A DNA stretch of 64,000 nt from Ancrocorticia sp. (GCA_022648165.1 JALCLX010000003.1:180467-244466); one strand, 5' to 3'. Positions 53,860-62,838 are shown, numbered from the stretch's first letter. Program-made: numbers and translations. Notes: generated by a model from the letters alone, not told the origin.

Positions 53860-54981
53860 ATGGAGGATTTTGACCCGATCGCACTGCGTCACCAGCTTCA
53901 CCGGTTCCCAGAACTTTCTCATCAGGAGCATCGAACCACTCGCGTCATCACTGAAACGTTAGAGGCATTCGGTGCGCGCATCGTCGAATGCGGACTCACA
54001 ACAGGGGTGGTTGCGGATATTGGGCATGGTGAGCCGATCGTAGCTTTGCGAGCAGACATCGATGGACTTCCCGTAGAAGAAAACGCGTCCCACGCGCTGC
54101 GATCAGAAAATGCGGGCGTCATGCACGCCTGTGGCCACGACCTCCACATGGCGGCCCTCCTCAGCGCCGCGTGGCGCTTCGCCCAGGATGCCACGCTTCC
54201 CGGCACAATACGCCTCCTCTTCCAGCCGGCAGAGGAGACCGGCAATGGCTCCGCCGAGCTCATCGATGCGGGCGTGCTCGATGGAGTCTCCGCGGTTATT
54301 GGTTTCCACAACAATCCAAATTACGCCCCCGGCCACATAGCCTTGGGACGCGCTATGATGGCCGGCTGCGTTCGCTTCGCTGTGGAACTGCACGCCACCG
54401 GGAGCCACGGCGCATATCCTCACAAGGGCACAAGCCCTATCGAACCGCTCGCCGCAATGGTCACACAGTTGCAAACAGTTGTCAGCCGCTCCGTCGGTGC
54501 CACCGACCCTGCAGTTCTGAGCGTCACCGAAATCCATGGCGGAGACGTCTGGAATGTCATACCCACCCATGCGGGTTTCTCCGGAACAGTCCGAACCTTC
54601 TCCGAGCAGGTGGAATCAACTATCGAGCAGCGTTTCCGCACTATTGTTACCTCGATTGCCCGCGCCTTTGGCATCACAGCTCACATCGAGTGGGAACGCC
54701 TAGCGCGGCCGCTGCGCAATGATCCGGCACTCCTGGCCATCGCGGAGAAGAGCGTACCCCAGTATGCCACACTCGATCCGCTCTATCCCTCCATGGCCGG
54801 CGAAGACTTTGCAGAATACGGAGCGAAGGCACCGCTGCTTTTCGCATTTGTCGGCTCCAATGGCACGCCCGGTGCGGCCGATTGGCACAGCCCGGATTTC
54901 ATCGGCGACGATGCCACGGTAGCCACAGCAGCTGATTTCTATACAGTCACCGCCACTGCACTCATCACGCAGATGGTGTGA
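53860..54981 (+). CDS. M20-family amidohydrolase (N-acyl-amino acid amidohydrolase/hippuricase-like)
   Basis: LRHQLHRFPELSHQEHRT..., MHACGHDLH, FQPAEE motifs. Start set to ATG 53860. Confidence 0.8.
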   Translation: MEDFDPIALRHQLHRFPELSHQEHRTTRVITETLEAFGARIVECGLTTGVVADIGHGEPIVALRADIDGLPVEENASHALRSENAGVMHACGHDLHMAALLSAAWRFAQDATLPGTIRLLFQPAEETGNGSAELIDAGVLDGVSAVIGFHNNPNYAPGHIALGRAMMAGCVRFAVELHATGSHGAYPHKGTSPIEPLAAMVTQLQTVVSRSVGATDPAVLSVTEIHGGDVWNVIPTHAGFSGTVRTFSEQVESTIEQRFRTIVTSIARAFGITAHIEWERLARPLRNDPALLAIAEKSVPQYATLDPLYPSMAGEDFAEYGAKAPLLFAFVGSNGTPGAADWHSPDFIGDDATVATAADFYTVTATALITQMV

Positions 54982-55672
54982 ACTCCTCGGGTGAACGGGC
55001 GTCGATGGCCGCATGCGCGGCCGCCAGCTCGGCCGCCGTGGGCGTGAAATCGTAGCTTGTGAAAAACTGCTCCACGGCTTCAACCATGTCTGTTCCCGCA
55101 GGGCTCGCTCCTTCGCCAAGAATCCACTGCAGCTGCATGCCGTCCATCAAGGCGATCAGGCGTTCCCCGGCGATACGTGCCTGAGATACTGGCCGCCCGA
55201 CGTGCTCAAACCACACCGCGAAAGCCTGCCCAAACACGTCACGCAGCTTGATGTAGCGGCGCCGAAAGTAGGTGTGCGCCGGATGCTCAACATCTGACGC
55301 CTCCGCGGATATCTTCACGTACATGGAGACGAGTGCACGTTCCGCCAGATTCCGTTCCACCGTGACGATCACATCGGCAAACAGCCGGCGCACCGCGGCC
55401 ACGCTTCTCACGCCTTCTCCATCCGAAAGCTGCGTGCCTTGAATTTGGTCGCGGCGTTCAAGGGCTGTTAGCAGCAATTCGTCTTTACTGGAAAAATGAT
55501 GGAGCAGCCCAGCGTGGGTCATGTGCGCTCTAGCCGCAATATCCCGCAAGGAAACGGAGCTGAAGCCAGATTCGGAGAACAACTCCATGGCACACGCAAG
55601 GATTCGCTCCCGGGTGCGTTCGCCCTTGGTCATTCGCCGTGCTGGCGCTCCGGTATCAACTGGCTCGGTCAT
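54965..55672 (-). CDS. TetR-family transcriptional regulator
   Basis: RERILACAMELFSESGFSSVSLRDIAARAHMTHAGLLHHFSSKDELL. ATGA overlap with the GH1 stop. Confidence 0.8.
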   Translation of the reverse strand: MTEPVDTGAPARRMTKGERTRERILACAMELFSESGFSSVSLRDIAARAHMTHAGLLHHFSSKDELLLTALERRDQIQGTQLSDGEGVRSVAAVRRLFADVIVTVERNLAERALVSMYVKISAEASDVEHPAHTYFRRRYIKLRDVFGQAFAVWFEHVGRPVSQARIAGERLIALMDGMQLQWILGEGASPAGTDMVEAVEQFFTSYDFTPTAAELAAAHAAIDARSPEEFTPSA

Positions 55673-56886
55673 CGGGCACTCCACTGCGCATCCGGTATTA
55701 CCCGCGTACGCGCAATGGATCCCAACCATGCGAGGCTGGGTTTCGCAGTGCGCTCAAAGGTCTGGTGATCCCACGCAATCAGCCCAAATGTGGGATCGAA
55801 TGAACCGAACTCCCAATTGTCTATCAATGACCAGTGCAGGTAGCCGCGGATATTGATGCCCTCGCGCATTGCCGCACCCATCCCAGCCAAAGCGCCGCTT
55901 GTGTATTCCACGCGTTCCGCGTCGTCGTCCGTTGCGATGCCGTTCTCCGTCACCAAGATAGGCACATCCGGTGCCTCTATGTGTGCATCGTGGATGGCTT
56001 CACCCAAGGCGGGCGGATAGAATTCCCAACCATTCTTCGTTCTGCGCACCTCGTCACCCCCTGGCACGTACCCGTCCTTCGAAAATAGCGCCCGCGAATA
56101 TGATTGCACTCCAAGGAAATCATCGCCGTTAGCGGCGCGTAGAAATGGTGCCTCGATACTCTCGTAATACGCTAAGGCAGCCGCTTCACCGCCCGGCAAG
56201 GCGCGAACTACTTGTGAGGCCACAGTCCACCCCACTTTGAGCTGTGGGTATCGTGCACGCAGATGGTCCCGGGCGACATCGTGGATCCGCAGCAGCGCGG
56301 CGGACATTGCTGGATCCGCGGGCGGGAGGCCATAGTGCGGCGCTACCTCGCTGTGGGCTTCCGCGGCGCGCGATTCCATGTTCTTGCGAATCGTGGCGAA
56401 GGACGCCATCATGTTTGGTTCGTTCATGATCACTGCCCAGGTCACGCCAGCATTTATCACAGGTTCAACCGCATCGACGTAACGGCAGAAGGATTCTCCG
56501 GCACCCTCCGCCGTCCACCCTCCCTTAGCTGCAAACCATGCCGGTGAGGAGAAATGATGCAGCGTGACTACAGGTTCCATGCCACGTTCGCGGCAGTACC
56601 GCACCATCTGCGCGTAATGGAGCACCATGGCACGCGAGACATAGCCTTCTGCGGGTTCTATGCGCGCCCACTCCACCCCGAAACGGTAAGCGGTGAGCCC
56701 CGCATTCGCAGCGAGTTCCATGTCTGTGCGCCACAGTTCGAAACTGTTGCAGGCGTCCCCACTGGGCACACCGATCGGCGAACCTGGCAGATGCTCCCCA
56801 ACCCACATATCACTTGCGACGTTATTACCTTCTGTTTGGTGCGCCGACGTCGCCGCGCCCACAAGAAAACCTTCCGGCAGTTTCAT
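55669..56886 (-). CDS. glycoside hydrolase family 1 (beta-glucosidase-like)
   Basis: LPEGFLVGAATSAHQTEGNN, ...IMNEPN..., VTENG... catalytic Glu motifs. Confidence 0.85.
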   Translation of the reverse strand: MKLPEGFLVGAATSAHQTEGNNVASDMWVGEHLPGSPIGVPSGDACNSFELWRTDMELAANAGLTAYRFGVEWARIEPAEGYVSRAMVLHYAQMVRYCRERGMEPVVTLHHFSSPAWFAAKGGWTAEGAGESFCRYVDAVEPVINAGVTWAVIMNEPNMMASFATIRKNMESRAAEAHSEVAPHYGLPPADPAMSAALLRIHDVARDHLRARYPQLKVGWTVASQVVRALPGGEAAALAYYESIEAPFLRAANGDDFLGVQSYSRALFSKDGYVPGGDEVRRTKNGWEFYPPALGEAIHDAHIEAPDVPILVTENGIATDDDAERVEYTSGALAGMGAAMREGINIRGYLHWSLIDNWEFGSFDPTFGLIAWDHQTFERTAKPSLAWLGSIARTRVIPDAQWSAR

Positions 56887-56912
56887 CTGTGTCCTTCTTT
56901 CGAAAGCCTGCA

Positions 56913-57806
56913 TCACTTCAATCCAGCTGTTGCCATCCCCTGTACAAAGTACTTCTGCAGGAAAGCGAACAAGACAAGCACAGGCGCGATGATCAACACT
57001 GCCCCGGCCATGACAGTACCGTATTCGGGTCCCAGCTTACCCACCGAGAAGAGCGAAAGTGCCACCGGAAGTGTGTACATGTGCGAATCTTGTGCCACCA
57101 CCAACGGCCACAAAAAGCTGTTCCAGGAGCCCAAGAATGTGAAGACTCCAAGTGTGGCAAGCGGAGGGCCGCTCATCGGCATCACAATCTGTGCAAAAAT
57201 CCGCAGTTCAGAGGCGCCGTCCACACGCGCTGCCTCGATAAGCGATTCGGGAATCGACTGCATGAACTGCCTCATCAAAAATACGCCGAAGGGAGTTGCA
57301 AGCGACGGCAATATCAAGCCCCAGTATGTGTTCACCATTCCCATGTTCGCAACGAGTACGAACAAAGGGATCATTGTGACTACCGCTGGGACCATCAGCA
57401 TCACCATGACGATCCCGAAAATCAACTTCTTTCCGGGAAACTCCATCTTGGCCAAGGCATATCCCATCATGGAGCAAAACACCAGGTTGCCGAGTACTAC
57501 CACAACGGACACCACTACAGAGTTCGTCAGGTAGCGCGGGAAATCGAGTTCTGTAAACCATTCGACGAAGTTCTGAAGCGTAGGATGCTGCGGCCACCAC
57601 GTGATCGGCCGCTGCATTAACTCCGCCTGGGTTTTCACTGATCCCAAAACCATCCAAACGAATGGAAGCAAAGTGAGTATCAACGAAATCGTCAGGACCA
57701 CGTACAGAACCGTGTGTTGCACTATCCGGCGGCGCCGTTTTGTTTTCCACCGTGCCGCGCGCCCCGGGGAAACTTCGGGTGCAGTAGATATCATCACAGC
57801 ACTCAT
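56913..57806 (-). CDS. carbohydrate ABC transporter permease (MalG-like)
   Basis: EAA loop SLIEAARVDGASELRIFAQIVMP. Start ATG 57806 is adjacent to the upstream stop. Confidence 0.8.
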   Translation of the reverse strand: MSAVMISTAPEVSPGRAARWKTKRRRRIVQHTVLYVVLTISLILTLLPFVWMVLGSVKTQAELMQRPITWWPQHPTLQNFVEWFTELDFPRYLTNSVVVSVVVVLGNLVFCSMMGYALAKMEFPGKKLIFGIVMVMLMVPAVVTMIPLFVLVANMGMVNTYWGLILPSLATPFGVFLMRQFMQSIPESLIEAARVDGASELRIFAQIVMPMSGPPLATLGVFTFLGSWNSFLWPLVVAQDSHMYTLPVALSLFSVGKLGPEYGTVMAGAVLIIAPVLVLFAFLQKYFVQGMATAGLK

Positions 57807-57807
57807 C

Positions 57808-58431
57808 TCACGCATCCTTCTCACGGAACATGCGGAACTGAAAAACAGACAGTGCCGCGATGATGACGAATAGGACATAGGCGGCCGCCGTCCCATATGC
57901 GTACTTGCCATAACCGAATTGGTTGTACACAAACATGCTTACGGACGTCGTGCTACCTAACGGGCCGCCGCGGGTCATGTTGAACGGCTCCTCGAAGAAC
58001 TGGAGGAAACTGATTGTCAGTATCACTGTTGCCAGCAACACTGTGGCACGCAGCTGGGGGAAAGTGACGCTCCAGAATGTTCGCCAGGCACCCGCACCAT
58101 CCACGTGGGCCGCCTCCTGTGTCTCTACAGGCACAGATTGCAATCCCGCCAAAATAATCACCATCATGTTGCCGGCATTACGCCACACGCCCATGGCAAT
58201 CAGGGATGGCAACGCCCACGTGGTGGAGTTCAGCCAGTCCGGCCCTTGAATACCGAACCAGGAAAGAACCTCGTTGAGCAGGCCGCCATCCGGTTGCAGG
58301 ATGAAGCGCCACACAACGGCCACCGCCACTATAGAGGTGACAACAGGTGTATAGAAACCTACCCGGAACACTGACCGAAACTTGTCAATACCCTTGTCCA
58401 GTGCCACTGCCAGCGCCAAACCCAAGGACAA
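57808..58431 (-). pseudogene. carbohydrate ABC permease (MalF-like) lacking its N-terminal ~90 residues
   Basis: Only 207 aa, with the EAA loop (ETQEAAHVDGAGAWRTFWSVTFP) retained. Only 87 nt separate it from the upstream SBP stop, too little for the missing first two TM helices. Confidence 0.55.
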
Positions 58432-58518
58432 GGTCAGCGGAACTCCGACCCGCCTTCCCCATCGATGACATCGCTGTGTCGCGTATGCGACGCTTGAATA
58501 GTCACTATCGCTCGCTTT

Positions 58519-59835
58519 TTACCAGCCGAGGCCGATCGATTCTGCCTGGCTCTGGATAGCCTCCGCCGTTTCCTCTGGCGTCTGGCTGCCGCTGAGCATC
58601 TTCTCTGATTCAGAATCAATCACGGCGTAAACCTGCGTCCACGTGGGCACGGCGGGGTCCGTAACAGTGTGCTCCAGCTGCTCTTTGGCCACCTTAACCC
58701 ATTGGTCATCCGCTATAACCGAATCGTCCCACGCCTTCAAGTTTGACGGAAGATTGTAAGTGGCCTTGTAAATCGAAACTTCCTGCTCAGGCTGGGTGAG
58801 CCACCGCGCCAACTTCCACGCACCTTCGGAATTTTCCGCGTCCGTTGGCACCACCCACGTGGCACCACCCAGATACGAGGAGTTGTCCACAGCGCCAGAC
58901 GGCACAACCGCCACATCCAGGTTGTTGGCAGACCAGTTTTCCACGCCATTCTGGGCCAGGTAGTTGTCCAGTGTAGGAACCAGATAGGTGCCTTGCAGTG
59001 TGGCCGCTACCGTTCCCTAAACAAAGTTAGTGACGGCGTCGTCGCCAATACCCGCCGGATCAGACAGCCCCTCATCGAAGAACTTCTTGTAGTACGTCAA
59101 CGCGGAAACCATTTCGTCCGTATCGAAGTTCCAGGCCGAACCGTCCTCGGTGAGCGCCGATCCACCCGCTTGCGCCAGGAACGGCAGAATGTACTGGTAT
59201 GCCTTCGATTCGTCACCCACGCCCATGCCGATCGCATACTTGACGCCGTCAACAGACTTGAGCTTTGCGTAGAAATCAAGCGCATCATCCCACGTCGTAG
59301 GTGCGGATGTCACGCCGGCCTTCGCAGCCACGTTCTTGTTGTAGAACAGCACACGCGTCTCGATGTAAGCAGGAATGCCATATTGGTTCCCGTTGTTATC
59401 CTTTGAACGGTCAAGTGCTGTCTGGACCATGTCATCTGACGTCATCACGCCGTTCGGTACCTGCTGCAGGCCACCGGTGGTAATCAGAGGTGCTACGTCA
59501 CCAATCATCACCAAGTCCGGCACCGAATTCCCGGCAATAGCATTCTTCATTTTGGAATCCAGCTCGCTCCACGGAACGTCTGTCACATTGACCGTGGCGT
59601 CAGGATTGTCCTTGCGGAACTGATCAAAAATATCCTTCATCTGGCTGCCTACGTCACCAGCTGTCCACACATTGATAGTTCCCGTTGCCGCTGAATCGTC
59701 AATCGTAACGGCACTTACACTTGCGCTTGCGGACGCTGATCCGCCGCTATCGCGCCCGCAGGCAGCTAAACCGCCCACCATCATGAGTGCTGCGGCACTC
59801 AACGCAACCGTGCGCTGAGCTTTCCTGTGTCCCAT
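58519..59835 (-). pseudogene. sugar ABC substrate-binding lipoprotein interrupted by an in-frame amber codon
   Basis: ORFs 59017..59889 and 58519..58944 share one frame. Read-through gives ...DAVTNFV*GTVAATLQGTY... with TAG (minus strand) at 59017-59019. Lipobox MMVGGLAACG at the N-terminus. Confidence 0.7.
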
Positions 59836-59948
59836 CACTTCTTTGTCCTTTCCACATTCCGCCTTCGTTGGCGGTATCACTGGGATCATCCAGCAGGGAC
59901 ATTAGCCTCCCGGCACCTTTAGAGATCGTGGGAGACGGTCAACTGCCT

Positions 59949-60164
59949 ATGCTGACCAAGAACTCCACGATCGCAGAATGGCTGAGCCATCCAGCCGGTA
60001 AGAAATTGCTCACCGATGCGCTACCTTTCTTGAGGAAGGTGGAGGAACTCCCCCAGGAACTTGCGCCAATGCTCTACCAAACGCCGTTGGTCAAAATGAC
60101 CGCCTGGCAGCAGGGTATCTCCGAAGAGACAATCAAACAGTGGGTGAGGGCCGTCAATTCTTGA
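59949..60164 (+). pseudogene. orphan C-terminal fragment of an unidentified protein
   Basis: 71 codons (MLTKNSTIAEWLSHPAGKKLL...) look like the tail of a larger protein. The upstream in-frame sequence is non-protein-like and overlaps the SBP promoter region. Confidence 0.2.
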
Positions 60165-60191
60165 TCGTGCCGGATCGCAGTTTACCAGCCC

Positions 60192-60270
60192 GGAAACGTT
60201 GCTAGCGCAAAGGGACATTGATCACACAAGGGAACGTTGCTAGCGCAAAGGAACGTTGTTCGCTCAAAAA
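60192..60270. repeat. three copies of an AACGTT-cored 19-mer (AACGTTGCTAGCGCAAAGG x2 perfect, one degenerate)
   Basis: Copies at 60195-60213, 60233-60251 and 60252-60270 (AACGTTGTTCGCTCAAAAA). Confidence 0.85.
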
Positions 60271-60297
60271 TTGGCCGCCGGCGGCGTTGGGCTATGC

Positions 60298-60570
60298 TCA
60301 GCGCCGCCCCACTTTAATATCCACGATGTCAGTAGCGTCCGGCACACCCAACGCATTCTTCTGCGCTTTCCGGGGCGAACTTGCGAAGTACTGATTCGGG
60401 CACTTTCCCGTAATCGCCGCTATGGCCATCACAAGTGCGAACAGACCAATTGGGATAGCCATCCAGTTGGTCGGCGCAGATATGACCACCGCGATCAGGA
60501 CTAGAGCAATTACGCCGCGAATGATGCGTTCTGCGGGGCTTGTGGCGCATGCCGCCGAGCTTTTCGCCAT
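60298..60570 (-). CDS. DUF2892 (YgaP-like) small membrane protein
   Basis: RIIRGVIALVLIAVVI...GLFALVMAIAAITGKCPNQY: two TM helices followed by the G-x-CP motif. Confidence 0.65.
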   Translation of the reverse strand: MAKSSAACATSPAERIIRGVIALVLIAVVISAPTNWMAIPIGLFALVMAIAAITGKCPNQYFASSPRKAQKNALGVPDATDIVDIKVGRR

Positions 60571-60573
60571 GTC

Positions 60574-60801
60574 CTATGCTTCTGCCGCTGCCGCGCGGAA
60601 CTTCTTGCCGGATACCGGCTTGCCCCACAGCGCTGAGAGCGGGCATGCGTCAAATATCGCCGTAACTAGCAATACCGCACCAACGCCCGTGAGCACCCAA
60701 CCCCAGCTGCCTAACGCTGCACCGCCGGCTACGCCAGCCGCTCCGACAACACCTTTTGTGATCCTGCCTGCTGGTGAGTTCATAAAGTTCAAAAGTTGCA
60801 T
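60574..60801 (-). CDS. DUF2892 (YgaP-like) small membrane protein, tandem paralogue
   Basis: GRITKGVVGAAGVAGGAAL...VLLVTAIFDACPLSALWG. Confidence 0.6.
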   Translation of the reverse strand: MQLLNFMNSPAGRITKGVVGAAGVAGGAALGSWGWVLTGVGAVLLVTAIFDACPLSALWGKPVSGKKFRAAAAEA

Positions 60802-60831
60802 GGTCTTCTCCTTGTCGAACTACACCTAGCT

Positions 60832-60863
60832 TATACTCCCCCCTGTATATTGGGAAGGGGTGC
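60832..60863 (-). promoter_or_regulatory. C-tract/G-tract inverted repeat overlapping a TATAAG -10-like box upstream of the DUF2892 pair
   Basis: Minus strand: CACCCCTTCCCAATATACAGGGGGGAGTATAAG, ~35 nt upstream of the ATG at 60801. Confidence 0.3.
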
Positions 60864-60927
60864 AGCACACCCGGGATAGATTCCTCCGCAGGCTGAAACC
60901 GCGGGGCTGCTCGATTCTTCGCTCCGA

Positions 60928-61779
60928 TTATCCCTTGACGGAACCGGACATCAGGCCTTTGACGAAGTACTTTCCGAGGAAGATGTAAACCAACAGAGTT
61001 GGGATCGACGCAATGAGGGCTCCAGCCATGGACATGCCGTAATCTGTGAGGATTGCGCCATTTGCCAAATTGTTTAGCGCCAACGTAACGGGGCCGCGCT
61101 GCGCTCCACCGCCAAAGAACAATGCAAACAAGAAATCGTTCCACGCGGATGTGAATTGCCAAATTAGCACAACCACGAACGAAGGAATGGAAATCGGAAG
61201 CACTACCTGGAAGTATGTACGCAACATTCCTGCGCCATCCACCTTAGATGCCTCAATCAATTCCTCTGGAACGGATTCGTAATAATTCCTGAAGATCAAC
61301 GTGGTAATAGGAATGCCATACACCACGTGCAAGAAGATCAGCGTTGGAATGCCCTGCGGCAAATTCATCGCCAGAACAACCTTCATCAGCGGGATCATCA
61401 CCGCTTGATATGGTAAGAACATTCCAAACAGTATTAACGTGAACACCACGTTCGATCCCGGAAAACGCCACCGTGAGAGCACGAATCCGTTCGCGGAACC
61501 CAGTAGCGCCGAGATGATTGACGAAGGAATGACCAGAGCAAACGTTCGGAGGATGGCGGGCCACAAGGCAGTCCATGCGCCCGACCAGTTCCGCATGGAC
61601 CATTCCTCCGGCAACGCCCACGTCCGCGCAGGATCCGCGTCGCCAATCCCTTTGAAAGATGTCACTATCAGCACGTATACGGGGATCAACACGATGGCAA
61701 GCGAAAGAATCAGCAGCACATAGCGGATACCCTTCGCAGGAATTGATTCGGTTTTCACTGCACTGTTTGTGGCCTTCAT
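60928..61779 (-). CDS. carbohydrate ABC transporter permease (MalG-like)
   Basis: EAA loop ELIEASKVDGAGMLRTYFQVVLP. Confidence 0.85.
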   Translation of the reverse strand: MKATNSAVKTESIPAKGIRYVLLILSLAIVLIPVYVLIVTSFKGIGDADPARTWALPEEWSMRNWSGAWTALWPAILRTFALVIPSSIISALLGSANGFVLSRWRFPGSNVVFTLILFGMFLPYQAVMIPLMKVVLAMNLPQGIPTLIFLHVVYGIPITTLIFRNYYESVPEELIEASKVDGAGMLRTYFQVVLPISIPSFVVVLIWQFTSAWNDFLFALFFGGGAQRGPVTLALNNLANGAILTDYGMSMAGALIASIPTLLVYIFLGKYFVKGLMSGSVKG

Positions 61780-62714
61780 CGTCCGCGCTCCTTCGTGTCG
61801 TGGATCAGATACGGCACAACCAGAATCGCCACCAGGACCAGCAAAATTGTGCCGACCGCCGCAGAGTTGGCATAGTCACCGTCCGTCATGAAGTTGAACA
61901 TATCGATTGCTGGGACCTTCGTGGAATACGTGCGCTGGTCCGTAATACTCATAATCAGATCGAAAGACTTGAGTGACATATGCCCAATGATCACCACTGC
62001 AGAAAGTGCAACCGCAGTCAGCTGCGGGAAAATAATGTCCTTATAGATGCGCCATTCAGATGCGCCGTCCACGCGCGCCGCTTCGCGTAGATCGTCCGAA
62101 ACACCACGGAAACCCGCTAAGAATAGGGCCATCACATAGCCGGACAATTGCCAAATAGCGGGCAACGCGATAGCCAGAATCCCAAACGTGATGTTTTGCG
62201 TCCACGAGTTCTGTAGAAATCCCAAGCCGATCATTTGGAATAGGCGATTCAATCCCGTTGCTTGGTCGTCCTTCGCAGAGTTCAACAGCCAGCGCCACAC
62301 AACACCGGATGCCACGAACGATATCGCCATCGGAAACAAAAATACCGATCGGAAGATTCCTTCGCCCTTCGTGGGCTTATCCAATAGCCACGCCCAGATG
62401 AAGCCAATCACTAATGTTCCCACCAGGAACAACACCGAATACAAAATCAAGTTGATCAACGAGTGCTGGAAGTCCGGATCCTTCAAGAGCTCCACATAGT
62501 TATCGAGCCCGACGAACTGCGTGGGTGCGGCGCCCGTGGACTGTGCGAAAGAATGCGAGTCCGTCATGGATTCGCGAATATTCGCGCCGATCAGGCCATA
62601 AACGAACACGCCAATTAGAACGAGCGATGGTGATATGAGCAGGAGTGGCGGGCCGAATTTCTTAACTCGTGCCCATAGAGGGCGTTTTCTACGTGGCGTT
62701 GTGTGTGAGGACAT
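61776..62714 (-). CDS. carbohydrate ABC transporter permease (MalF-like)
   Basis: EAA loop DLREAARVDGASEWRIYKDIIFP. ATGA overlap with the downstream permease. Confidence 0.85.
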   Translation of the reverse strand: MSSHTTPRRKRPLWARVKKFGPPLLLISPSLVLIGVFVYGLIGANIRESMTDSHSFAQSTGAAPTQFVGLDNYVELLKDPDFQHSLINLILYSVLFLVGTLVIGFIWAWLLDKPTKGEGIFRSVFLFPMAISFVASGVVWRWLLNSAKDDQATGLNRLFQMIGLGFLQNSWTQNITFGILAIALPAIWQLSGYVMALFLAGFRGVSDDLREAARVDGASEWRIYKDIIFPQLTAVALSAVVIIGHMSLKSFDLIMSITDQRTYSTKVPAIDMFNFMTDGDYANSAAVGTILLVLVAILVVPYLIHDTKERGR

Positions 62715-62730
62715 CGTTGTGCTCTTTTCT

Positions 62731-62834
62731 CGTGGTGGTGGCCGCTACGCGCCACCACCACGCTTGCCGCGGCCGCACAAATGCTGCGGCGCTGGCATGA
62801 TTATGTGCGGCCGTCACTCGTGGTGACGGCCGCA
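62731..62834 (-). other. two perfect 12-bp stem-loops in the SBP-permease intercistronic spacer
   Basis: CGTGGTGGTGGC/GCCACCACCACG (62731-62762, 8-nt loop) and TGCGGCCGTCAC/GTGACGGCCGCA (62806-62834, 5-nt loop). Confidence 0.7.
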
Positions 62835-62838
62835 GTTA

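Noticed and set aside
11561-59019. Several in-frame TAG codons (11561, 35579, 35624, 59017) might indicate amber suppression or recoding (e.g. pyrrolysine-type reassignment).
   Set aside because: TAG is used as the ordinary terminator of many intact genes here: gntR 3325-3327, DUF4190 12459-12461, hipB 14686-14688, arfB 15062-15064 and res 20699-20701. One of the higB stops is TGA. No pyl-like genes or suppressor tRNA are visible. Simple pseudogenisation fits better.
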